Of a stretch of 64,000 nucleotides of DNA, positions 18,872-29,348 are shown piece after piece (position 1 is the first letter of the stretch; the number at the start of each line of letters is the position of its first letter). The notes below the pieces were generated by a model, which was not told where the DNA came from, searched no databases, and worked only from the letters and a program-made list of their open reading frames with translations. The position numbers and the translations under genes were made by a program. The stretch is from Abditibacterium sp. (GTDB lineage: Bacteria; Armatimonadota; Abditibacteriia; Abditibacteriales; Abditibacteriaceae), in NCBI GenBank assembly GCA_965199495.1, contig CBDASK010000003.1, positions 1,280,001 through 1,344,000 on the forward strand. The letters run 5' to 3'.

Positions 18872-20383
18872 ATGAAATTTTCTCGACTCGCTTGTCTCGC
18901 GCTGGCTTTTCCGTTCGCGCTCAACTTCAATGTCGCGCGCGCGGGCGAAGCTGTGACTGTCACGGTGCAAAACGGCGCGCGCCAGACTTTCCAAGGTTTG
19001 GGCGTTTCGCAGGGCAACTGGGGCCGCGATTATCAAAAGCTGAGCGCACCCGAACGCGCGCAACTGTCCAAAATGTTGTTCGGCGATTTGAAACTGAAAT
19101 CGCTGCGTTTGTGGATTAACCTCAACGAATACGCGCCCGACGATAAAACGCGCACGACGGCGGATTTTCGCGCGCGTTATATAAATTCGGGTCTCATCGC
19201 CGATGCTCAGAAAAATGGCGTCGTCAATTTGTTGTTGGCGCCTGATAACGCGCCGCCTTATCTCAAAATTAAGCGCGATGGCGGTGCCCAAGATTTTTTT
19301 ATACCGCGCGAGAATTTGCCCGCTTACGCCGCCGTTATCGCCGATTTCATCGCCCAAATTCGGCGCGAAACCGGCGTTTTAATTGGCGTGACCGGTTTGC
19401 AAAACGAACCGAACGATTTAGATCGGATCGCGCCCGCTGATTTTGGCGTCGCGGTCAAGGCGTTGCGCGTGGCTCTTGACGAACGCGGTTTGCAAGCCGT
19501 CCAAATTATCGCGCCCGAACAGGCCAATGTAGATGGAACGATGGAGCAGTCGGTTGACGCAATTAAAGCCGATCCGCAAGCGTGGAGCGCGTTGAGCGCC
19601 ATCGCTTCGCATTCGTATAACATGGCGGCGACCGAGAAAATCGCGCGGACAATCGCGGCGCCCGACGGCACGAATTTGAAAAATTACTGGCAAACCGAAG
19701 CCAGCGCCAACGGCGCCGAAGCTCCAGGCGATAATCTTCAAGCCGCGAGTTTAGCCACGCGATTTCTCAGCGACATGAACCATCGAGTGACGCATTGGAT
19801 TCACTTCATCGGCGCCGAAATCCCCGACTCAAAAGACAACGCCACGCGCATTTTGGCCTACACGACGAATCCACTGCAAATCACCAAATTTCGCAAATAC
19901 GATTATTATCGCGCGCTTTCCCAAACCTTCGATGTCGGCGCGCAGTTTCGCCGCTCGCTCAGTGATAAGGAAAACGAAATGACGTGGACTTACGGCCCCA
20001 AACCGCGCCTCACCGTCGCGGCGGCGCGCAATCCCGACGGAACTTGGGGCATCGGAATCTCGAATTTCACCGCGCCAAATTTCGCGCAAAAACCCGGCAA
20101 CGACGGATTCACCAACGGATATTCGGCGCAAACTTTCGATGTGACGGTGAAAGTGCCGGAACTCAAAGGCGCGCTGTTCACGATTCATCGCAACGGGCCA
20201 AATGGAGACAAAACCGACACAGCGATGATGATGCGCGATGGTTCAATTACGATTAAGGATGTCGCGCCGCTGGAATTGGTCACGCTCCGCTCGGTGGAAG
20301 TCGAGGTTCATGTGGGGCAATTCCGCAAAATGGACAACGCTGATGTGCAATATTTTCGCGTTGGGAAGTCAATTGGATTTTAG
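18872..20383 (+). CDS. Secreted clan-A glycoside hydrolase (GH30-like)
   Basis: Signal peptide, RQTFQGLG, QNEP (acid/base) and YWQTE (nucleophile). Confidence 0.72.
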   Translation: MKFSRLACLALAFPFALNFNVARAGEAVTVTVQNGARQTFQGLGVSQGNWGRDYQKLSAPERAQLSKMLFGDLKLKSLRLWINLNEYAPDDKTRTTADFRARYINSGLIADAQKNGVVNLLLAPDNAPPYLKIKRDGGAQDFFIPRENLPAYAAVIADFIAQIRRETGVLIGVTGLQNEPNDLDRIAPADFGVAVKALRVALDERGLQAVQIIAPEQANVDGTMEQSVDAIKADPQAWSALSAIASHSYNMAATEKIARTIAAPDGTNLKNYWQTEASANGAEAPGDNLQAASLATRFLSDMNHRVTHWIHFIGAEIPDSKDNATRILAYTTNPLQITKFRKYDYYRALSQTFDVGAQFRRSLSDKENEMTWTYGPKPRLTVAAARNPDGTWGIGISNFTAPNFAQKPGNDGFTNGYSAQTFDVTVKVPELKGALFTIHRNGPNGDKTDTAMMMRDGSITIKDVAPLELVTLRSVEVEVHVGQFRKMDNADVQYFRVGKSIGF

Positions 20384-20421
20384 ATAGTAGTGTTCTTGCA
20401 TCCGTCGTTTTGAGAGTGACA

Positions 20422-20674
20422 TCACGCTGTGTTCTGCGTTTGTTCTGCGGGGCAAACGCACACCAAATTGAGCGTGAATCGTAGGGTCACCGGCCGGGTG
20501 CCCTTTGGGCGGATGACCGCAAAGTCACGGCTTTTGGTCAAGTCCAAGTTCTTGCCAAACAACAAAGTCAATTGACCTTTGCGGTCACGGCAAGCCGGTG
20601 ACCCTACGTTTCACGCTCAATTTATAGTGCGTTTGCCCTGGGCGTCAGCCCCGCAGAACGTAGAACATAGCGCG
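20422..20674. mobile_element. Nested composite palindromic element (MITE-like shell with GTAG REP inside, within a GGGGCTGACG-family copy)
   Basis: gggcaaacgcac...aaattgagcgtgaa-GTAGGGTCACCGGC ... GCCGGTGACCCTAC-ttcacgctcaattt...gtgcgtttgccc, flanked by ttctgcgggg and ggcgtcagccccgcagaa. Confidence 0.7.
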
Positions 20675-20693
20675 AACGACACGACCGACCGAA

Positions 20694-22481
20694 TTATGCC
20701 TCAAGCGTTCGTTCCAATTGCGCGGCGGCGTCGAACTTCACGTCGTCCAACAAATCGGCGTCCGGCGATGGCGCGCGCGAATCGCCGTTTTCGCCAGTGG
20801 CTTCGGCGCGCAGTTGGCGTTCGATGGCGCGGCCATGCGCCCGCGTGTCATCTATCTGCTGCGAGGCTTCGTGCAACTTCTGTTGCACCGCGTCCAAAAC
20901 CTCGCCGTATTGGCCGAACTCGGCTTTGACTTGCCCCAGCGTGTTCCAAATCTCGCTCGAACGGCGCTGAATCGCGAGCGTACGAAAGCCCATCGCAAGC
21001 GCGCTCAGCGTCGCTGCCATCGCCGCCGGGCCAGCGACGGTCACGCCAAACTCGCGCTGCAAATCGGCGGCTAAGTCGGCGCGGCGCATCACTTCGGCAG
21101 ACAAACCTTCGGTCGGCAAAAACAGAATCGCGAAGCCAGTCGTGTGCGGCGGCCCAATGAAATCGCGGCAGATTTCCTGCGCGTGCGCTCGGATTTGCGC
21201 TTCCAATTGCGCGCCCGCCGCTTCGATTTCGGTTTTGTCGCCAGCTTCGTAAGCCGCCATCAAACGCCGGTAATTTTCCTGCGGGAAACTGGCGTCAATC
21301 GGCAGCCAAACCGTGTCCGGCGCATCATTTTGTGCGGGCAGACGAATCGCGAAATCGGCGCGATTTTCGCGGTCGGGAACAACAGCCACGGCGGCGCCAT
21401 ACTGGTCGGACGCAAGCGTTTGTTCGAGCAAATCGCGCAATGAATCGCCGCTCTTGCGACTTTCTTGAACGTGAACCAAGACGCGATTCAGGTCGCCGCC
21501 ACTGGCCAAAACTTGCACTTCGCCGAGTTCCGCGTGAACCGATTCCAAGCGCTGCGAGACCGTCCGCAACGATTGGCCCAGCCGCTCATCGAGCGTGCCC
21601 GGCGATTTTTCGCCGCTCTGGCGCAACGCTCCCAACTGGCGCGGGTTGAGAGGAACGTTGTCGCCCCCCAACAATTGCAGCCAATTCTCGACAACGCCGC
21701 GCAGCACTTCCGCGCGCATGCCGGAGCGCGTATCGGCGCCCGCAGCGATGGCGTTCATGCGCGCGACGAGCGAATCGAACTGGCCGCGTTGCGCCTCGCC
21801 CAGCGCCCGATTGTGGCTCGCGGCCTCGGTCAGTTGAGCCAACGCCCCTTGCAGTTCCAGACGCATCTGCCGCGCCGTTTCGCCATCGGTCAAACGTTTG
21901 GCATTCCAATTTTCGTCGTTCGCGCTATGCAGCGCTTCCAGACTTTCCATGATCGCGTCGTCGAGCGAGTGCAGTTGACTGGCGCTCCGCTCGCTCAGCG
22001 CCGCCAGACGTTGCTCGAAAGTATCGAAACGTTGCCCCTGTTGCGCCGTGGCTGCGATCACCTGATGCACCAATTCGGCGCGCAGACGGTCGGAGTCGGT
22101 CTGGCTGACATCTCCCAGATTCTCGATTTGATCGCCCAAAACTTTGGCAAAACCACTCAAATTCGCGTTCAACTGCGGCCCCAGCGTTTCGCGCAATGTC
22201 GCGTTTTCGTCCTGCAACGCCAGAAAACTTTCGGCGAGTTTTTCCATCGAAGCGCCAGTTTCGTCGCGCCCGGCGCGCGCCTGTTCATCGGCTTCGCGCC
22301 GATTGACCGACAATTCTTCGCGCACGACGGATTCCAAATGCTCTTGCCCTTTTTGTAATCCGTCGTAAGCCTCTTTCAAAGGAGCCACGTCGGCGGATTT
22401 TTGGCGCCGCCACAACACAAATATCAGCAGCAGAACGAGAGTTTGTAAGCCAACAATGGCGAACAATAAGAGATCGGTCAT
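20694..22481 (-). CDS. rmuC: RmuC-family protein (divergent)
   Basis: N-terminal TM helix, long coiled coil, WLPIDASFPQENY, FAILFLPTEGL and GFRTLAIQRRSSEIW. Confidence 0.8.
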   Translation of the reverse strand: MTDLLLFAIVGLQTLVLLLIFVLWRRQKSADVAPLKEAYDGLQKGQEHLESVVREELSVNRREADEQARAGRDETGASMEKLAESFLALQDENATLRETLGPQLNANLSGFAKVLGDQIENLGDVSQTDSDRLRAELVHQVIAATAQQGQRFDTFEQRLAALSERSASQLHSLDDAIMESLEALHSANDENWNAKRLTDGETARQMRLELQGALAQLTEAASHNRALGEAQRGQFDSLVARMNAIAAGADTRSGMRAEVLRGVVENWLQLLGGDNVPLNPRQLGALRQSGEKSPGTLDERLGQSLRTVSQRLESVHAELGEVQVLASGGDLNRVLVHVQESRKSGDSLRDLLEQTLASDQYGAAVAVVPDRENRADFAIRLPAQNDAPDTVWLPIDASFPQENYRRLMAAYEAGDKTEIEAAGAQLEAQIRAHAQEICRDFIGPPHTTGFAILFLPTEGLSAEVMRRADLAADLQREFGVTVAGPAAMAATLSALAMGFRTLAIQRRSSEIWNTLGQVKAEFGQYGEVLDAVQQKLHEASQQIDDTRAHGRAIERQLRAEATGENGDSRAPSPDADLLDDVKFDAAAQLERTLEA

Positions 22482-22639
22482 GAAATTTCTCGATGAAAAT
22501 GAGGTTCTCCAGTATAGCGGCGCGATTTCTATCACACCGTCGCCCCTGTTTCGGATTCAAATCCTACCTCGCAGGTATACTTTGCCCCTCAACGTGCAAC
22601 CCGCCGTGGCTGCAAGGCGTTAAAGGTTAGATTTAGACA

Positions 22640-23551
22640 ATGACAGAGACATTTCAGCTTTCGCATTTGCGCGAACTCGAAAGCGAGGCGATCTACGTTT
22701 TGCGCGAGACCGCCGCGCAATTCGAGAATCCCGGCCTGCTGTTTTCGGGCGGCAAAGATTCCATCGTAATGGCGCACCTGGCCGCCAAAGCGTTTCATCC
22801 GGCGCGTCTGCCGTTTCCGCTCGTCCATATAGATACCGGCCACAACTTCGCCGAAACCCTCGAATTTCGCGACGAATTCGTGCGCGATTACGGTGCGCGC
22901 CTCATCATCGGCAGCGTGCAAGATTCGATTGACGCCGGAACCGCTATCGAAGAAACCGGCCCGACCGCTTCGCGCAACGCGATTCAGACTGTGACACTTT
23001 TGGAAACCATCGAAAAGTATGAATTCGATGCGCTGCTTGGCGGCGGGCGGCGCGACGAAGAAAAGGCGCGCGCCAAAGAACGTTTTTTCTCACATCGCGA
23101 CGCGTTTGGGCAATGGCAACCGAAGAATCAGCGGCCCGAATTGTGGAATATCTTCAACGGGCGCAAAAATTTCGGCGAAAATTTCCGCGTCTTCCCGCTC
23201 TCGAATTGGACGGAAATGGACGTTTGGCAATATATCCGTCAGGAAAATATTCCCTTGCCGAATTTGTATTTCTCGCACACGCGCAAAGTTATCATGCGCG
23301 CCCGCGCGTGGCTCGACGCCGAGAGCGGTTTCGTTTCGCCGCAACCGAACGAGACGATTGAAGAGCGCGTCGTGCGTTTCCGCACGATTGGCGATGTGAC
23401 TTGCACGGGCGCCGTCGAAAGTCCAGCCACGTCGCTCGATGACATCGTCGCCGAAGTCGCCGCCGCGCGCCAGACCGAGCGCGGCACGCGCGCCGACGAC
23501 CAACGCAGCGAAACCGCGATGGAAGATCGCAAACGCGCGGGATACTTTTAA
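22640..23551 (+). CDS. cysD: Sulfate adenylyltransferase subunit 2
   Basis: LFSGGKDS, GGGRRDEEKARAKER, RVFPLSNWTE and MEDRKRAGYF. Confidence 0.97.
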   Translation: MTETFQLSHLRELESEAIYVLRETAAQFENPGLLFSGGKDSIVMAHLAAKAFHPARLPFPLVHIDTGHNFAETLEFRDEFVRDYGARLIIGSVQDSIDAGTAIEETGPTASRNAIQTVTLLETIEKYEFDALLGGGRRDEEKARAKERFFSHRDAFGQWQPKNQRPELWNIFNGRKNFGENFRVFPLSNWTEMDVWQYIRQENIPLPNLYFSHTRKVIMRARAWLDAESGFVSPQPNETIEERVVRFRTIGDVTCTGAVESPATSLDDIVAEVAAARQTERGTRADDQRSETAMEDRKRAGYF

Positions 23552-23553
23552 AA

Positions 23554-23673
23554 AGGTGACAAGTGTCGGGTAGCAAGTGACAAGGAGGTCAGGGCGGTTC
23601 AACTGCTGTCGCTTTTTTCGTTTTTCACTTTCTTACTTTACACTTGTCACTTGCTACCTGACACTTGTCACCT
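23554..23673. repeat. Inverted heptamer-periodic repeat (AAGTGAC / GTCACTT type)
   Basis: aggtgacaagtgtcgggtagcaagtgacaag ... cttgtcacttgctacctgacacttgtcacct. Confidence 0.8.
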
Positions 23674-23678
23674 AAAAC

Positions 23679-24923
23679 ATGGACTTACTCCGATTCTCCA
23701 CTTGCGGCAGCGTGGACGATGGCAAATCAACCTTGATTGGCCGTCTGCTTTACGACTCCAAGAACATTTTTGAAGACCAACTCGAAGCCGTCGAAAAATC
23801 TTCGACCAAACGCGGCGACGATTACGTCAACCTCGCGCTTCTCACGGACGGTTTGAAAGAAGAGCGCGAACAGGGCATTACGATTGATGTGGCTTATCGC
23901 TACTTCGCCACGCCCAATCGCAAATTCATTATCGCCGATACGCCCGGTCATATTCAATATACGCGCAACATGGTAACGGGCGCTTCTACGTCACAGTTGG
24001 CCATCGTTTTAATTGATGCCCGCAAGAGCGTTATCGAACAAACCAAACGCCATTCTTATATCGTTAATTTGCTGCGCATCCAACACGTCGTTTTGGCGGT
24101 TAATAAAATGGATTTGGTGGATTATTCGCAGGAACGTTTCGACGAAATCGTCGCCGATTACCGCGCGTTCGCCGAACCGTTGGGCAACCTGCACGACATC
24201 ACCGCGATTCCTCTGGCCGCGCTGCACGGCGATAACGTCGTCGAACCATCGGAAAATTTGAGTTGGTATAACGGCCCAACGTTGCTTCAGCACTTGGAAA
24301 CCGTCGAAATCAGCGACACCATCAACCACGAAGACGGGCGTTTTCCGGTTCAATGGGTGATTCGTCCGATGAGCGAGAATTATCACGATTTTCGTGGCTA
24401 CGCCGGGCGCGTGGCTGGCGGCACGTTCCGGCCCGGCGATGAAGTCACGGTGTTGCCGAGCGGACTTTCCACGCGTGTCAAAACGATTCACACGGCGGAA
24501 GGCGACTTGGACGAAGCGTTCGCACCGCTCTCGGTTTCGCTGACATTGGAAGACGAAATTGATATTTCGCGCGGCGACATGATTGTGCCGTCGGATAACT
24601 TGCCGCAGCACGCCAACGAGTTTCACGCGATGATCTGTTGGTTCTCGCCCAAACATTTAATTCCCAAAGGCAAGTATTTTCTTCGTCATACGACAAGAGA
24701 TGTGCAAGCGATGATCGCGGGTATCGATTATAAAGTCGATATTAATACTTTGGAAGAAGAAGATAACGATGCGAAATTTACTTTAAACGACATCGGTAAA
24801 ATTCGCGTGCGCACCGCCGACCCGCTCTTTTTCGATTCGTATGCGCGCAATCGTAATACGGGCAGTTTTATCTTGATTGATGCAGGCACGAATGAAACCG
24901 TCGCGGCAGGCATGATCTGTTGA
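23679..24923 (+). CDS. cysN: Sulfate adenylyltransferase subunit 1 (GTPase)
   Basis: GSVDDGKST, EREQGITIDVAYRYF, DTPGH and NKMD motifs; no fused APS kinase. Confidence 0.97.
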   Translation: MDLLRFSTCGSVDDGKSTLIGRLLYDSKNIFEDQLEAVEKSSTKRGDDYVNLALLTDGLKEEREQGITIDVAYRYFATPNRKFIIADTPGHIQYTRNMVTGASTSQLAIVLIDARKSVIEQTKRHSYIVNLLRIQHVVLAVNKMDLVDYSQERFDEIVADYRAFAEPLGNLHDITAIPLAALHGDNVVEPSENLSWYNGPTLLQHLETVEISDTINHEDGRFPVQWVIRPMSENYHDFRGYAGRVAGGTFRPGDEVTVLPSGLSTRVKTIHTAEGDLDEAFAPLSVSLTLEDEIDISRGDMIVPSDNLPQHANEFHAMICWFSPKHLIPKGKYFLRHTTRDVQAMIAGIDYKVDINTLEEEDNDAKFTLNDIGKIRVRTADPLFFDSYARNRNTGSFILIDAGTNETVAAGMIC

Positions 24924-24924
24924 T

Positions 24925-25068
24925 TTAGCCACAGAAGACACAGAGAAGACACAGAGGGGCACAGAGAAGAACGAAGAAAATAAGCAAATAAGCAAAGCCA
25001 CAAATAGTGGTTTTCCGTTTCTATTTTCTTCGTTCTTCTCTGTGCCCCTCTGTGTCTTCTGTGGCTAA
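24925..25068. repeat. AGCCACAGA-family inverted repeat element
   Basis: ttagccacagaagacacagag ... ctctgtgtcttctgtggctaa. Confidence 0.87.
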
Positions 25069-25070
25069 TT

Positions 25071-25853
25071 TCAAACGCTAAATTCGCGAATCAAAGCCAC
25101 ATTCTTCGCGTGTTTCCAATCGAAGAAGCGCCACCAACCTTCCATGTCCGAAGGCGGCGGCACTTGTTTGACGATTTCTTCGTCGCTCAAACCCTGTTGA
25201 ATCAGCGGCGGCACGGCGGCCAACATCTCCTCGAAATAGCTCTCGAAGCGGCGGATGCAATCCATATCGAGGCTCGGCCCGTGGCCGCAGATGATGGCGT
25301 CCACATCGTAGGATTGGATAATCGTCAAAACTTCGCGCAGACGGGCGACTTTTTGCGGCGTCGGCTGGCATGGAATCAAGCCCCAACCGAACAAATCGGC
25401 GATGTGCAAAACGCGCGCGGCGGGGAAATGCAGAATCGTATCCCACGGCGTGTGCGTGCCGCCGACCCAGCGCATCTCGATTTTTTGAGTGTCTTTCCCA
25501 TACAAATTGGCCGAATCGGGATAGGTAATGTCGGGTTTGCCTTCCCAATCGCCCGCGCTGTCGGCGCACGACTGGTGCGCGATAACCGGCGCGCCCTCGC
25601 GTTTCCACTGCGGGTTGCACGCGATATGATCGGCGTCCCAGTGCGTGGTGACGACATATTTCAAGTCTTGCCCGGTCGTCTGTTTAATCAAATCGCGAAC
25701 GACATCGGCTTGATCAGCGTCTTCCAACGCGTCAATTACAGCCGCACCATTGCCCAAATCATACCACGCGATGTTATCCACAGCCACGCGCAACCACACA
25801 CCCGCGCCGACTTCTTTGACTTCGTTTTCGTGCCATTCGTCCAAATTTGCCAT
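25071..25853 (-). CDS. Metallo-beta-lactamase fold hydrolase
   Basis: THWDADH, GTHT, ADLF and CGHG motifs. Confidence 0.85.
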   Translation of the reverse strand: MANLDEWHENEVKEVGAGVWLRVAVDNIAWYDLGNGAAVIDALEDADQADVVRDLIKQTTGQDLKYVVTTHWDADHIACNPQWKREGAPVIAHQSCADSAGDWEGKPDITYPDSANLYGKDTQKIEMRWVGGTHTPWDTILHFPAARVLHIADLFGWGLIPCQPTPQKVARLREVLTIIQSYDVDAIICGHGPSLDMDCIRRFESYFEEMLAAVPPLIQQGLSDEEIVKQVPPPSDMEGWWRFFDWKHAKNVALIREFSV

Positions 25854-25864
25854 AGGCGCAAAGT

Positions 25865-26002
25865 TTAGCCACAAAGGGCATGGAGAACACACAAAGGGGC
25901 ACAAAGAAAAACGAAGAAATTAAATCGGTGAAGGCAAACTATAAAATATAACCCTTCTATTTTTTAATTTCTTTTCGCCTCTTTAGTGCCCTTTGTGCCT
26001 AA
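25865..26002. repeat. Degenerate AGCCACA-family inverted repeat element
   Basis: ttagccacaaagggcatggagaacacacaaagggg ... ctttagtgccctttgtgcctaa. Confidence 0.7.
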
Positions 26003-26035
26003 TTTACGTTTTCCTGCCACGCCCGCGCCCGCGCT

Positions 26036-27250
26036 TTGCCAAACTCTCCCAACTTCGTGAAGACTTCTTCCTCTCAAAAATTCGGTGGCTTGCTCATCAT
26101 TGACCGGTTCGTCGGCAAACTGGTCGTCGGCGCGACTTTGGGCGCGGCGGGTTGGTTTCTCGGCATTTTGCTGATCGCCGTGGTAATTACCGGCATCCAA
26201 AAGCTCGTCACCAACTCGTTGAGCGGCGGCGAAATGTTGATTTTCGTGGGATTGCAACTGCCGCGTATGATCGTGTTCGCCCTGCCGATGGCGATATTGT
26301 TCGGCAGCGTGCAAGCGTTCGCGGCGTTATCACGGCAGGGCGAAGCCGTGGCTCTGGGCGCGGCGGGCGTGAGTCTGGTGCGCATGATGCGCGCGCCGCT
26401 CATCTGGGCGGCGATTTTGACGTTCGTCAGCTTTGCCCTCAGCGAATGGCTGGTGCCGCCACTCGAACGCTCCAAAGATTCGATTCTGGTTTCGCATTTG
26501 TCCACCAGCATCGGTCAGGGCGGCTTTCGCTATCAAGACCCGGCAGCCGACGAAGATTTGCCGCTCAAAACTCTGGTGCAGGCCCGCAGCTTCGATTTCA
26601 AAGCGTTGACTTTGAACCAGCCACGCGTGCAATTGTTCGATGACGATCAAAAATTAAAAACGCAAATTGTGGCGCAATCGGCCAAGTGGACGGGCAAATT
26701 ATGGGTTTTATCGCAGGGCGTATTAACGACTTTCCCACCCGCCAAAGACGGCGAAATCTCGCTGCCCAAAGCCACCGAATTTGGCACAACGAGCGTCGAA
26801 TTGCCCGCGCCCGAATTTCTTAATCGCAGCGCCAACAGCCTTTCGATGCGCCTGTCTCACGGCGATTTCCTGATGGTTTCGCTGCCCGAAACTTTGGCCT
26901 ATCGCCGCGCCATCGCCGCGCAGTTGCCGCTCGCCCAAACCAAAGCCGAACGCGCGCGGACGGAAAAACTCGTCAAAAGCGCGACTTTCGGCATCCACGA
27001 CAAAATCGCCGCGCCTTTAATTTGTTTCGCCTTCGCCCTCGTCGGTTTGCCACTGGGTCTGCATTCGCCGCGCACCGGAGGCGGCGCGCTGGGAATGTCG
27101 TTCGTGGTTTTGGTCGTCTATTATGTGATCTGGACGTGGTGTTCGACGCTGGGTCGCCCCGGCGCCGTCAATCCGGTCGCGATGGCCTACGCGCCGTTAT
27201 TGTTAATTTCGGCGATTGGCGCGTGGCTGGTGTGGTTGCGCAACCGTTGA
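26036..27250 (+). CDS. LptF/LptG family LPS export permease
   Basis: IIDRFV, LPMAILFGS, LSRQGEAVALGAAGVS and KIAAPLICFAFALVGLPLG; start uncertain. Confidence 0.85.
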   Translation: MPNSPNFVKTSSSQKFGGLLIIDRFVGKLVVGATLGAAGWFLGILLIAVVITGIQKLVTNSLSGGEMLIFVGLQLPRMIVFALPMAILFGSVQAFAALSRQGEAVALGAAGVSLVRMMRAPLIWAAILTFVSFALSEWLVPPLERSKDSILVSHLSTSIGQGGFRYQDPAADEDLPLKTLVQARSFDFKALTLNQPRVQLFDDDQKLKTQIVAQSAKWTGKLWVLSQGVLTTFPPAKDGEISLPKATEFGTTSVELPAPEFLNRSANSLSMRLSHGDFLMVSLPETLAYRRAIAAQLPLAQTKAERARTEKLVKSATFGIHDKIAAPLICFAFALVGLPLGLHSPRTGGGALGMSFVVLVVYYVIWTWCSTLGRPGAVNPVAMAYAPLLLISAIGAWLVWLRNR

Positions 27251-27414
27251 AAAAGCCACAGAGAACACGGAGAACGTACAGAGGAACACAGAGAAGCGCG
27301 AAGAAGTTGTCAATTTAAAGAACTAATTTTATATTTTACTTTTCCTTGTTAATTTCTTCGCGCTTCTCTGTGTTCCTCTGTACGTTCTCCGTGTTCTCTG
27401 TGGCTTTTTCAACG
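27245..27414. repeat. AGCCACAGAG-family inverted repeat element (overlaps lptF/G stop)
   Basis: cgttgaaaaagccacagagaacacggagaacgtacagagg ... cctctgtacgttctccgtgttctctgtggctttttcaacg. Confidence 0.88.
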
Positions 27415-27493
27415 TCGAAAACTACTTTTCTCAGCACAAGCACAGACAAAGCGTGCGCGTCTTGTGTTATCTTTAAGCGCGTTCTTGCCTGCA

Positions 27494-29347
27494 ATGACCG
27501 TTTCAACCTCACGCGATTCTTCCGTTTCGACGCCCCATTTTTGGCGCCGGACGCCTCTCGTGTTGGCGATAATTGTAGGCGTCTCGCTATTTCTGTTGTT
27601 GTGGAAATTGGGCAGTTACGGTTTGATTGACGTGGACGAAGGCCGCTATGCCGAAGTGCCGCGCGAGATGTTCATATCGGGTGATTGGCTGACGCCGCGC
27701 CTGAATTACCTCAACTTTTTCGACAAACCGCCCTTGCTTTACTGGGGCATCGCGCTCTCTTACGCCATTTTCGGCGTGACTGAATTCGCCGCGCGCTTGG
27801 TTCCAGCGCTGTGGGCTTTGCTTGGCATCGTCGCGACTTACGCGTTGGGCCGCCGCATGTTTGGGCCGCGCGCCGGATTTTTAAGCGCGATTATTCTACT
27901 CACCTCGCTGATGTGGACGGTGATGGCGCGCGTGGTTTTGACCGATATGGCGGTATCGTCGTTGGTCTTTTGCGCCATCGCCTTTTGGTGGCTGGCCCAA
28001 ACAGCAGCCACGGCGAAGGAACGTACGCGCTGGCTGGCATTATTTTGGATTTCTCTCGGATTAGGAATGCTCGCCAAAGGCCCCGTTGCGCCGGTTTTGT
28101 GCGGCGGCGCGATTTTCGTTTATCTGCTGGTTTGCAAACGCTGGCGCGACTTGCGCCAGATGGGCTGGATTTGGGGCATTCCGTTGTTAATTGCGGTCGC
28201 GGCGCCGTGGTATATCGCGATTGCGGCGCGTCATCCCGAATATAATAACGCGTTTTGGTATGAGCAAAATTTTGGGCGTTTCACCGGTGCTATCAGCAAA
28301 GTTGACCATTCGCACGGGCCGCTATTTCTGCTGCAATTTCTGCCGGTCATTTTCTTTCCGTGGTCGGTCTTCGCCCTCCCCACTTTATTTTACGGCTGGA
28401 AAAAACTGTGGCCGGTTCGCACGCAAAATCAGCGCGCCGCCGTTTATTTGCTGGGCACCGTCGCGTTCGTGCTACTGTTTTTCTCGACCTCGGAAAGTAA
28501 GCTCATCACCTACATTTTGCCGGTCGTGCCGCCGCTCGCGATTCTAATGGCGGCCTACTTCGACCGCTTATTGAGCGCGCCAAAACTCGGAGTATTTATC
28601 AACGTTTGCGGCGGCATTTTCGCGGCGATTCTCATCATCGGTGGCGCCGTGGCTTGGTTTATCGCGCCCACCAAACTCGATGTTAAAGGCGCCAGCGATA
28701 CTATCAGCCACGTCGCCGCGCTCGCGCTGATGATTTGGGGTTTGGCGCTCGCTTTCGCGTTGTGGAAACGCAGCGCGCCCACGTTATTGGGCGCGATGGC
28801 GGGCGGTTACGCGCTCTGTTTCATGGTCGGCATGGCGTTGGTTTCGCAAATACTACCCGGCATCACGACCAAACCGTTGATTGCGCAAATCAAACCGGGC
28901 ATTGGGCCGGACACCGAAATTTTAGCCATCGGATTTTCGCAGAGTTTGCCGTTTTATACCGGCAAACGCATGCGCGTGCTGGGCACGCCCGACGAACTGG
29001 CGCACGCCAAAAAGTATCTTTCGCCCACCGAGCGGAAGCGTTGGTTTTTTCAAATCGCGCCCGATTTGCGGCGCTTGATGCTGAGCGACAAACCCGTGTA
29101 TTGCGTCATTCGGCGCAATAATTTTTTGGGTTACGAACAACGCGCGGCGCTCGCATTAACTCAAACAGAAGGCCAAATTTTCGAGATCGCGAACAATGAC
29201 CGTTTCGTGATTCTTGGAAACGCTGCTGCCACGCAATTGACGCCGCCCGCGCCGGGCGTAGCGGGCTTTGACCAAATGCGTGAGGCTGCCGAGAAACTCG
29301 ATGCGCGCGGGCGCGAACAGCTTTTAGAAAAGGCGAAACAGGATTAA
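27494..29347 (+). CDS. ArnT-family (GT39/GT83) glycosyltransferase
   Basis: DVDEGRYAEVPREM, DKPPLLYW, LAKGPVA and SKLITYILP. Confidence 0.9.
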   Translation: MTVSTSRDSSVSTPHFWRRTPLVLAIIVGVSLFLLLWKLGSYGLIDVDEGRYAEVPREMFISGDWLTPRLNYLNFFDKPPLLYWGIALSYAIFGVTEFAARLVPALWALLGIVATYALGRRMFGPRAGFLSAIILLTSLMWTVMARVVLTDMAVSSLVFCAIAFWWLAQTAATAKERTRWLALFWISLGLGMLAKGPVAPVLCGGAIFVYLLVCKRWRDLRQMGWIWGIPLLIAVAAPWYIAIAARHPEYNNAFWYEQNFGRFTGAISKVDHSHGPLFLLQFLPVIFFPWSVFALPTLFYGWKKLWPVRTQNQRAAVYLLGTVAFVLLFFSTSESKLITYILPVVPPLAILMAAYFDRLLSAPKLGVFINVCGGIFAAILIIGGAVAWFIAPTKLDVKGASDTISHVAALALMIWGLALAFALWKRSAPTLLGAMAGGYALCFMVGMALVSQILPGITTKPLIAQIKPGIGPDTEILAIGFSQSLPFYTGKRMRVLGTPDELAHAKKYLSPTERKRWFFQIAPDLRRLMLSDKPVYCVIRRNNFLGYEQRAALALTQTEGQIFEIANNDRFVILGNAAATQLTPPAPGVAGFDQMREAAEKLDARGREQLLEKAKQD

Positions 29348-29348
29348 A

